The notes below the pieces were generated by a model, which did no database searches, was not told where the DNA came from, and saw only the letters and a program-made list of their open reading frames with translations. Of a DNA stretch of 64,000 nt, positions 56,682 through 64,000 are shown piece after piece; positions within the stretch are counted from its first letter, which is position 1, and every line of letters starts with the position of its first letter. The position numbers were made by a program, and so were the translations under genes. Source of the stretch: Sediminibacterium sp. FEMGT703S (GTDB lineage Bacteria; Bacteroidota; Bacteroidia; Chitinophagales; Chitinophagaceae); the NCBI GenBank assembly GCA_002786355.1, contig PGCO01000004.1, positions 93,297-157,296 on the forward strand. The letters run 5' to 3'.

Positions 56682-58574
56682 ATGAATCTGACAAAAGACC
56701 AGTTGACTTTTATATTCAATAGCCTGCCCAACGCAGTTCTATTTGAATCGTCAGATCATACAGTCCTCTATGTGAATCAACAATTTTGTACCATCTTTGG
56801 AATAGATGCACCATGCGAAGTATTAATTGGAACTAATTGTAAAGACAATGCAGTTGATTCTGCAGCATATTTTTTAGAGCCCTCTTTATTTCTATCAAGA
56901 ACAGAATCCATTTATGCAAATGGTATTGAAGTATTAAATGAAGAAATCAAATTTGCTGACGGACAAGTACTATTAAGAGATTACAAGCCAATGACCATCA
57001 ATGGCGACATTAGCGGTCATTTATGGTTATATAAAAGGCCAGATGCCGAGGTGAAAATCATTAGTACTGCTCATTCTGAACGTCATTTCTACGAAGACTT
57101 ATTAGATAATATACCAGCAGATATTGCCATTTTTGATCCCTCGCACCGTTATTTGTTTGTAAATAGAGTGGCTATATCAAACAAGGAAGTTAGAGATTGG
57201 ATTATAGGTAAAGATGATTTTGACTATTGCAAATTCAATGATAAACCAACAGATGCAGCTACCAGTCGAAGAATGTATTTTGAAAAAGCGCTCCAAAATA
57301 AACAGACTATAGAATTTGAAGAAACCAATTTGGATCGCTTAGGGAATAAGGTTTACAATTTGCGAAGATTCTCTCCGGTTTTGGGTAAGGGCGGAATAGT
57401 GGAGTATATAATTGGTTATGGAATAAATATCACTAATATCAGAGAAGGCGAATTGAGGCTACAGCAATATTATGATGAGTTGCGTTCCATGTTTAATAAT
57501 ATTGACCAACTGGTTATTACCTTAGACATGACAGGTACTGTTAATTTTGTAAATTCTCAATGGTTAAAATTAACTGGCTTAGAGAAGGAAATGTTAGGTG
57601 AAAACAACATATTTAGACTAATCGAGTCTGGATTAGAGCAGTTCCGAAAAACCTTATTTAGTGTATTCAGTGGAATTTCCATTTTACCAGGAAAAGAAAA
57701 TCAGATTATCATTACCGATAAAAATGGTCGATTAAGAAACCTCCGCTACTATATGGCAAGGTTTAATCAAGTAGAAGGTAGGGGGCAAATTGTAGCTATC
57801 TTTTTTTCTGATATAACAGACCAGTTAAATGCAGAAAAAGATTTGTTAGATACTGCAATGAGGGAGCGTAGCCTAAGTAATATGAAAACAAATTTCATGT
57901 CGATGGTTTCGCATGAACTTAGAACGCCACTGTCTGTCATATTATCAAGTGCAGAGATTTTAGAAATGATTTATAGCAAACTTCCTTTAATGGAAGTGAA
58001 AAAAGGAGAGACTTATCTTACCCGAATAATAGGTCAGGTTGATAAAATGACCCAACTAATGAACGACTTTTTGTTTATCAGTAAAATAGAATCGGGTAAA
58101 ATTCAGCCACAATTTGAAAGAATCAATGTTAAAGAATTGCTGGGAGAAATTAAAGAAGAGTCTTATAGTCCTTGGAGCGATGGAAGAATTTTACAAGTAA
58201 TCATTAAAGGCAATCATAAGGCAGTCAAGTTTGACAAGACCATGTTGAGACATATTTTAACTAACCTTTTAAACAATGCGTTTAAATATTCTGCTAATAC
58301 AAGTGAAGCTCCATTGATTCGTATTAGTTATACTCATGCTTGGTGGTTTATAACAATATCAGATAAGGGGATTGGAATTGATGAAGCTGAAATTACTAAG
58401 TTAGGAGAGCCATTTATTAGAGGGTCGAATGTAGGTGAAATAGAAGGTACTGGTTTGGGTTTAATGACTATAAAATATTTTACCGACCACCATAAGGGAG
58501 CTATGCGGGTGAGGAGTAAAAAAAATAAAGGAACAATAGTAACAATTAGATTTTCTTATGATCTTAAAAAATAA
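56682..58574 (+). CDS. PAS-domain sensor histidine kinase
   Basis: SHELRTPL, NLLNNAFKYS, SDKGIGI and GTGLGL. The N-terminal half is PAS-like. Confidence 0.9.
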   Translation: MNLTKDQLTFIFNSLPNAVLFESSDHTVLYVNQQFCTIFGIDAPCEVLIGTNCKDNAVDSAAYFLEPSLFLSRTESIYANGIEVLNEEIKFADGQVLLRDYKPMTINGDISGHLWLYKRPDAEVKIISTAHSERHFYEDLLDNIPADIAIFDPSHRYLFVNRVAISNKEVRDWIIGKDDFDYCKFNDKPTDAATSRRMYFEKALQNKQTIEFEETNLDRLGNKVYNLRRFSPVLGKGGIVEYIIGYGINITNIREGELRLQQYYDELRSMFNNIDQLVITLDMTGTVNFVNSQWLKLTGLEKEMLGENNIFRLIESGLEQFRKTLFSVFSGISILPGKENQIIITDKNGRLRNLRYYMARFNQVEGRGQIVAIFFSDITDQLNAEKDLLDTAMRERSLSNMKTNFMSMVSHELRTPLSVILSSAEILEMIYSKLPLMEVKKGETYLTRIIGQVDKMTQLMNDFLFISKIESGKIQPQFERINVKELLGEIKEESYSPWSDGRILQVIIKGNHKAVKFDKTMLRHILTNLLNNAFKYSANTSEAPLIRISYTHAWWFITISDKGIGIDEAEITKLGEPFIRGSNVGEIEGTGLGLMTIKYFTDHHKGAMRVRSKKNKGTIVTIRFSYDLKK

Positions 58575-58581
58575 TGACATT

Positions 58582-59658
58582 ATGAATAAGTATATTTTAG
58601 TAGTGGAAGATGAGAGAGATATTCGTGACTCATTGAAAACGATTTTAGAGCTAAACGATTTTATAGTAGAAGTTGCAGAAAATGGACAAGTTGGTCTACA
58701 AAAAGCAATTGAGAAAAAACCAGATTTAATTCTATGCGATGTAATGATGCCCGTACTAGATGGTTTTGGTTTACTAGAACAGTTAAGAAAAAACGAAATA
58801 GAAACACCCTTGATTTTTTTAACTGCAAAAGCACAGTACAATGATTTAAGAACGGGTATGAACTTAGGTGCGGATGATTATATTTTTAAACCATTTAAGA
58901 GTGCCGAATTATTGCAGTCTATTGAAAGAAGATTAGAACGCAAGGATCAATTAGAGCTTCATTTAAAAAATTTAGTGAATAGTTTAGAACAAACCATATT
59001 GTTAATGGTAGGTCATGAGTTTAAAACACCCATGCATGGTATTCTCTCATTTACCAATCTTATTAAACAGAAAGCAAATGATTTGGCAAATCATGAAATA
59101 GAAGATTTCTGTCATTATTTAGAGAAGTCGAGTAATCGTTTGCAACAGACTTTTAGTAAAATCAAAGTGTATTATGATTTAAAGCTGTCTGGCATTGCCC
59201 CTTTTAGCGACCGTAGTAAAGTAAGTGTTGATACTTTAATTAAAGATTTAGCTACGCAGATAGCAGGTGATTATAATCGGTTATCCGATTTAGTTTTTTT
59301 GCATATGGAGACATCCGAAATTAATGTTAGTTTAGAATTATTTTCCATTGCGTTATATGAATTGATTGATAATGCTTTTAAGTTTAGCGAAAAGAATTCA
59401 ACAGTAAGTATAAGTATCACTAACGATTCTAATCAAGTTCATATTTCTATATTAGATCAAGGTACTACTTGCAAAGCGGCTGAGCTTCGTATACAGTCTG
59501 GTTTTATTGGTCAAATCAAGCGATCCAAATTTGAGCAGCAAGGTTTAGGGATAGGACTTGCCCTATCATTGTTAATTATTAATAGCCAAAGTGGTCAACT
59601 ATATTTTGACGACATCGAACCAGCTGGAATAAAAACTGAAATTTCTTTGAACCAATAA
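58582..59658 (+). CDS. Receiver-histidine kinase fusion (REC at the N-terminus)
   Basis: ILVVEDERD...LCDVMMPVLDG...KPF forms the receiver. It is followed by GHEFKTPMHGI (H-box), ELIDNAFKFS and QGLGIGLAL. Confidence 0.8.
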   Translation: MNKYILVVEDERDIRDSLKTILELNDFIVEVAENGQVGLQKAIEKKPDLILCDVMMPVLDGFGLLEQLRKNEIETPLIFLTAKAQYNDLRTGMNLGADDYIFKPFKSAELLQSIERRLERKDQLELHLKNLVNSLEQTILLMVGHEFKTPMHGILSFTNLIKQKANDLANHEIEDFCHYLEKSSNRLQQTFSKIKVYYDLKLSGIAPFSDRSKVSVDTLIKDLATQIAGDYNRLSDLVFLHMETSEINVSLELFSIALYELIDNAFKFSEKNSTVSISITNDSNQVHISILDQGTTCKAAELRIQSGFIGQIKRSKFEQQGLGIGLALSLLIINSQSGQLYFDDIEPAGIKTEISLNQ

Positions 59659-59667
59659 TTTGAATTC

Positions 59668-60441
59668 ATGAACATGAAAAAGAAGGTATTAATTGTAGAA
59701 GACACCAAAATGCTAAGAATGTCACTTGAAGTAATACTTCAAGAAACATATGAAGTAGCCGGTGCTGCAGATGGAAATGAAGCATTAGAAATTTTGCGCA
59801 GCTTTAATCCGGATATTATTTTATTGGATTTAATGTTACCTTATCCTTTGGATGGCTTCTCATTGTTAAGATTATTCAAAAGCAATCCATCTACTAATAG
59901 AGTACCAGTTATTATTATATCGGGAATGTCTGGTGAAGATAAAATTATACAGGGTTTAGAACTGGGTGCAAACGATTTCTTAGTAAAGCCAATTAAGTCT
60001 AAAGAGCTCTTACTTAAAATCAGAAACCTTACTGGTATTGTACAGGTTAATGAAGAGAATGCTAAGCAAAGTAGATTGTTATCTACTAGGGCTACTGCTG
60101 TAAGTCAATCAAAAGATTTTTTTGATGATTCATTTGAAGCTATTGTTGAAAAATTAAATGACGATGATTTAAATACAATTCCTTCAATAGCTAAAAAAAT
60201 GTCTGTTAGTGTATCTACATTAGAAAGAATGATTAAGGCTAAATATAAAATGACACCAAAGCAATACATTACAGAGATAAAGCTAATGAAGGCAGAAGTG
60301 TTATTGCGTCAGGGTAATACCAGTGTTAAACAAGTTTCTTTCCAATCTGGCTTTAACTCAGTTGCTTACTTTTGTCATTGCTTTAAAAAGAAATATGGTA
60401 AACCGCCAAAATCTTATTCAAGTGCTTTTGCTTCAAAATAA
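59668..60441 (+). CDS. Response regulator with AraC-type HTH output
   Basis: Receiver domain (LIVEDT, LLDLMLP, VKPI) plus a C-terminal AraC HTH (SVKQVSFQSGFNSVAYFCHCFKKKYGKPP). Confidence 0.9.
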   Translation: MNMKKKVLIVEDTKMLRMSLEVILQETYEVAGAADGNEALEILRSFNPDIILLDLMLPYPLDGFSLLRLFKSNPSTNRVPVIIISGMSGEDKIIQGLELGANDFLVKPIKSKELLLKIRNLTGIVQVNEENAKQSRLLSTRATAVSQSKDFFDDSFEAIVEKLNDDDLNTIPSIAKKMSVSVSTLERMIKAKYKMTPKQYITEIKLMKAEVLLRQGNTSVKQVSFQSGFNSVAYFCHCFKKKYGKPPKSYSSAFASK

Positions 60442-60442
60442 C

Positions 60443-62431
60443 TTATGCAATAGTTGGTAAACAAAGGGTTACAGTAGTGCCCTTGTTTAAGGTACTTGTT
60501 AAACTGATTTTTCCTCCATGCAATTCCATGAATTGTTTAGCTACCGATAGTCCTAAACCTGAACCTTGATACGTAATTGTATTGGATGCTCTATAAAATG
60601 AATGAAAAACTTTTTCAATCTCATCTTCTGGAATTCCAATACCGCTGTCTTCTATACTGATATAGGCTAAATTGTCTTTATAATAAATAGACAATTCTGG
60701 GTTGGCTGTACCTGCTGAGTATTTAAAGGCATTGGAAATAATATTGGTTAGTACATGCATAAACAATAGTTCGTCCGCAGCTACTTGTTGGGTAGACAAT
60801 TCTTCTTTAATCACCAGCTTTCTTCCGTCTGGTTCATTTTGAAAATAAGTTTTGGCAATTGATCTGATAAATTGCGATAAGTCAATGGGCTGTAAATTAT
60901 ATGCTAATTGCTTGGCATCGTATCTTCCAACCAATAAGATATTATCCATTAGTTGGGTCATGCGATCAATCTGATCCTTAATTTTTAATGCTGAACCTTT
61001 GATGGTATCAGACAATGTTACATTTAACTTTTTCGCATACATCTCAATCACTTCAATATTTGAAAAAATGACTGTGAGTGGCGTTCTAAACTGGTGCGAG
61101 GTTAATGATACGAATCCTGCTTTTAGTTCAGCCAATTCTTTTTCCTTTTCTAGCGCTATCTTTTTATCATGAATATCAATAATGTTTCCTGCGATAAAGT
61201 AATCTTTTTCAGTCAGTGCCTTGTTTTCTCTCAATAATAATTCTACCCATCGCCATTGCTTATTTTTTTGTTTGAGTTTCACTTCAATAGTTGCTCTGCC
61301 AGATTCAGTTTTCTTTAAACCTTCAATTTGTGTGGCAATGGTTGTTTTATCTGATGCTTCAAAAAAAGCGGTGATTGGTTGATTGATACAATCATTGATG
61401 CTAAAACCTGAAATTTCTTGCCAGTAATGATTCATGAAAGTAATTTCATTGTAGCTGTTCAATCTAAATACAGCTTCTCCCAAGTTATTGATCAGCTTAT
61501 CAAATTCGTTCTTTTGCTCTTCTAAAATTTCCTGTTGCTTTTTTAATGCTGTAACATCAACATGGGTCCCTACCATATACGTAGGTTTGCCTTGTGGATC
61601 TCTTTTGGCAATACCGAATCCATTAATCCATAAATAATGACCTGCTTTATGTTGAATCCTGAATTCATTTTGATAGGTCTCTGTTGCGTTTGTAAAATAC
61701 GCTTCTAAAATTTTTTCTGTATGTTCTAAATCATCTGGGTGTACCCTTATTCTCCAATTCTCATAGGTATGTTCAAATTCATTAGGTTCATAGCCTAACA
61801 TTTCCATGAAAATTGGTGAGTAGTTTAATTTATTGTTCACGATATCCCATTCCCACATGCCTTGTTGCGATGCTTTAATGGTCATTTCAAATCTAACTAG
61901 TAGCTTATTTTGCTCTAGGGTTGCTTTTTCTCTAGATAATCTGATTCCAATATTTCTTGCTACTGAGTATAACGCTTGCACTACTTCGGGCTCCCATTTA
62001 TCTCTAGTTGTGCAATTATCGTATCCCATCCAGCCCCAGTATTCACCGTCGCAAAAAATGGGGGCGAATAGATAGGTTAAGATACCCTGGGATTCCATAA
62101 TTTCTCGAAAAAAGGGATTCGGTATTTCTTCAACTAATCCATAGGTATACTTGTCTTGTGATAGCGTATCGTATAAGGTTGGAAATAAATCATATGAAAG
62201 GTTACTAAGTTCTGGGTTGCCTATTTGCAGGTCAATTCCCTCCTTACACCACTCATGAGTATAAAATAATCTTATATCGTCTTCGATTTTTTTATTGGTA
62301 AAAACGTATACTCTATCTACTTGTGTAGCATAGCCAAGAATAGCTAGTACATCATTGATTGCTTTATCTATATCACCTTCTGAAAGTAATGCACTATTGG
62401 CTTTTGATATGCTATTGAGTAACTGAAGCAT
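60443..62431 (-). CDS. GAF-PAS sensor histidine kinase
   Basis: N-terminal GAF-like region and PAS segments, then SHQFRTPL, NIISNAFKYS, EDSGIGIP and GSGLGL. Confidence 0.9.
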   Translation of the reverse strand: MLQLLNSISKANSALLSEGDIDKAINDVLAILGYATQVDRVYVFTNKKIEDDIRLFYTHEWCKEGIDLQIGNPELSNLSYDLFPTLYDTLSQDKYTYGLVEEIPNPFFREIMESQGILTYLFAPIFCDGEYWGWMGYDNCTTRDKWEPEVVQALYSVARNIGIRLSREKATLEQNKLLVRFEMTIKASQQGMWEWDIVNNKLNYSPIFMEMLGYEPNEFEHTYENWRIRVHPDDLEHTEKILEAYFTNATETYQNEFRIQHKAGHYLWINGFGIAKRDPQGKPTYMVGTHVDVTALKKQQEILEEQKNEFDKLINNLGEAVFRLNSYNEITFMNHYWQEISGFSINDCINQPITAFFEASDKTTIATQIEGLKKTESGRATIEVKLKQKNKQWRWVELLLRENKALTEKDYFIAGNIIDIHDKKIALEKEKELAELKAGFVSLTSHQFRTPLTVIFSNIEVIEMYAKKLNVTLSDTIKGSALKIKDQIDRMTQLMDNILLVGRYDAKQLAYNLQPIDLSQFIRSIAKTYFQNEPDGRKLVIKEELSTQQVAADELLFMHVLTNIISNAFKYSAGTANPELSIYYKDNLAYISIEDSGIGIPEDEIEKVFHSFYRASNTITYQGSGLGLSVAKQFMELHGGKISLTSTLNKGTTVTLCLPTIA

Positions 62432-62438
62432 CCCGATT

Positions 62439-62511
62439 TAATTGATTTTGCCAAAATTATCAAAATTTCAGCGGCACCTCTATCAATTAATCGCTAATCA
62501 ATTATCAATTA
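62439..62511. promoter_or_regulatory. Cluster of four copies of the 8-mer ATCAATTA/TAATTGAT upstream of the GAF-PAS kinase gene
   Basis: TAATTGAT at 62439-62446. ATCAATTA at 62482-62489, 62497-62504 and 62504-62511. Confidence 0.3.
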
Positions 62512-62528
62512 TTCGGATTTATCCAGTT

Positions 62529-63482
62529 TTAATAAACTGCATTTACCACATTCCAAATTACCTTAGGTTTTCCTAGGGTATAATAGTGCAAAACAGGTAC
62601 TCCAAAAGCTTTGAGCTCTTTGCTTTGTTGTATGAGCCACTCAGTTCCTACTTGCTCACAATCGGCATCTGTTTTACATTTTGAAATCGCATTAGATAAA
62701 TCGGTTGGGATGTCTACATGAAATATTCTAGGCAAAACGGATAACTGTTTTTTATTTGTAATCGGTTTTAATCCTGGTATGATAGGAACGGTAATACCCA
62801 TATCTCTACATGCTTTTACATAATCATAGAATTTCTGATTATCAAAAAACATTTGTGTCATGATATAATCTGCACCTGCATCTACTTTGTCTTTTAAACG
62901 TTGTAAGTCTATTTCTAAATTAGGGGCTTCAAAATGTTTTTCTGGATAACCAGCAGTTCCAATACAGAAATTGGTTTTTCCTCCATTTTGTATGTCTTCG
63001 TCTAAATAAATACCGCTGTTTAAATTGACCACCTGTTTTTGTAAATCAATAGCAAATTTGTGACCATCTGTTTCTGGTTCAAAACTGGCTTCGTTTTTAG
63101 CAGCATCCCCTCTTAATACCAAAACGTTGTCAATTCCTAAAAAGTTAAGGTCTATCAGGGCGTCTTCACTTTCTCTTTTGTTAAATCCTCCACAAATAAA
63201 GTGCGGTACGGTGTCGATGCGGTAATGGTTCATAATAGCGGCACAAATCCCAACGGTACCTGGGCGCTTGCGCACTTCTACTTTTTCAAAAGTGCCATCT
63301 ACCTTTTTCTTGAAAGCCGTTTCACTTCTATGATAGGTTACATTTATCCAAGAAGGCTTGAACTCCATCAACGGGTTCAAATGATCAAAAACATGTTGGA
63401 TGGTTTTACCTTTTAATGGTGGTAAAACTTCAAATGAAATTAATGTGTCTTTGGACTGTTGAATATGTTCAGTAACTTTCAT
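62529..63482 (-). CDS. metF: Methylenetetrahydrofolate reductase
   Basis: [29 protein letters not shown] and TQMFFD. I take the start at MKVTEHIQ. Confidence 0.9.
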   Translation of the reverse strand: MKVTEHIQQSKDTLISFEVLPPLKGKTIQHVFDHLNPLMEFKPSWINVTYHRSETAFKKKVDGTFEKVEVRKRPGTVGICAAIMNHYRIDTVPHFICGGFNKRESEDALIDLNFLGIDNVLVLRGDAAKNEASFEPETDGHKFAIDLQKQVVNLNSGIYLDEDIQNGGKTNFCIGTAGYPEKHFEAPNLEIDLQRLKDKVDAGADYIMTQMFFDNQKFYDYVKACRDMGITVPIIPGLKPITNKKQLSVLPRIFHVDIPTDLSNAISKCKTDADCEQVGTEWLIQQSKELKAFGVPVLHYYTLGKPKVIWNVVNAVY

Positions 63483-63528
63483 GTCGCAATATACAAACGA
63501 CATATTACATTTGTACAAAGCGTTACCG

Positions 63529-64000
63529 GTGAACTTGACTATTCAAACCAATAACCTCTACAAAAGTTACAAGGGTAGAACCGTTGTAAATAATGTTTCT
63601 GTAAACGTTAAACAGGGAGAAATTGTGGGTTTATTGGGCCCCAATGGGGCTGGTAAAACCACTAGTTTTTACATGGTAGTTGGGCTCATTAAGCCCGATG
63701 AGGGTAGCGTTTTCTTGAACGATCAGGATATCACCAAACTACCTATGTACAAAAGAGCTCAAATGGGTATTGGTTATCTTCCTCAGGAAGCTAGTGTTTT
63801 TAGAAAGTTAACCGTGGAAGACAATATTATGGCTGTTCTAGAAATGACTACCTTAACCAAGGCTGAAAGGCAGCATAAAATGGAGTCTTTATTAGACGAG
63901 TTTAATTTACATCATGTTAGAAAAAACAATGGGGATAGCTTAAGTGGTGGCGAAAGAAGAAGAACCGAAATAGCCCGTGCTCTAGCAGTTGATCCAAAAT
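63529..64000 (+). CDS. lptB: LPS export ABC transporter ATP-binding protein LptB, N-terminal part (runs off the window end)
   Basis: Own translation: (V)[58 protein letters not shown]...[17 protein letters not shown]...[16 protein letters not shown]. The start is GTG 63529 or TTG 63535. Confidence 0.9.
   Translation, partial: MNLTIQTNNLYKSYKGRTVVNNVSVNVKQGEIVGLLGPNGAGKTTSFYMVVGLIKPDEGSVFLNDQDITKLPMYKRAQMGIGYLPQEASVFRKLTVEDNIMAVLEMTTLTKAERQHKMESLLDEFNLHHVRKNNGDSLSGGERRRTEIARALAVDPK

Noticed and set aside
1-64000. Search by eye for CRISPR repeats, tRNA/rRNA genes, integrases, reverse transcriptases and riboswitch-sized leaders.
   Set aside because: I saw no regularly spaced repeats, no tRNA T-arm-like GGTTCGAAT motifs and no recombinase or RT motifs. 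Intergenic regions outside the island are mostly under 150 bp. A covariance-model scan would be needed to exclude small RNAs.

Overview
This is a low-GC window that looks like Bacteroidota (Chitinophagia/Sphingobacteriia style). That taxon guess rests on gene content only and cannot be verified here. All family calls come from reading motifs in the supplied translations and in my own hand translations. No database search was run, and identity values are rough hand counts.

Positions ~8.6-64 kb are densely packed, ordinary chromosomal genes. They include acs with a symporter-type sensor kinase locus, psuG/psuK, several peptidases and amidohydrolases, cysS, rlmD, metF, partial lptB, tandem EEP and rhomboid genes, and several two-component proteins.

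Positions 1 to ~8.55 kb are an accessory island that continues past the left edge. In order it contains:
- a WYL regulator;
- a DUF4258-like gene with a partner gene;
- a four-gene module of unknown function: a Cys/His-rich small ORF, a vWA/MIDAS protein, a 382-aa Zn-ribbon plus wHTH-like protein, and a DnaB C-terminal-domain ATPase lacking the DnaB N-domain;
- a deletion-riddled second copy of that module;
- two more copies of the 3' end of the DnaB-like gene, the first of them ending in a 14-bp perfect palindrome;
- cargo typical of defence islands: a YhcG/DUF1016 PDDEXK nuclease, plus Bro-N and RhuM fragments;
- a Phd/VapC toxin-antitoxin pair.

The vWA / DnaB-like module and its reiterated junctions are my best candidate for an undescribed system, but its function is unknown. 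I recognised no rRNA, tRNA, CRISPR array, integrase or intact IS element.
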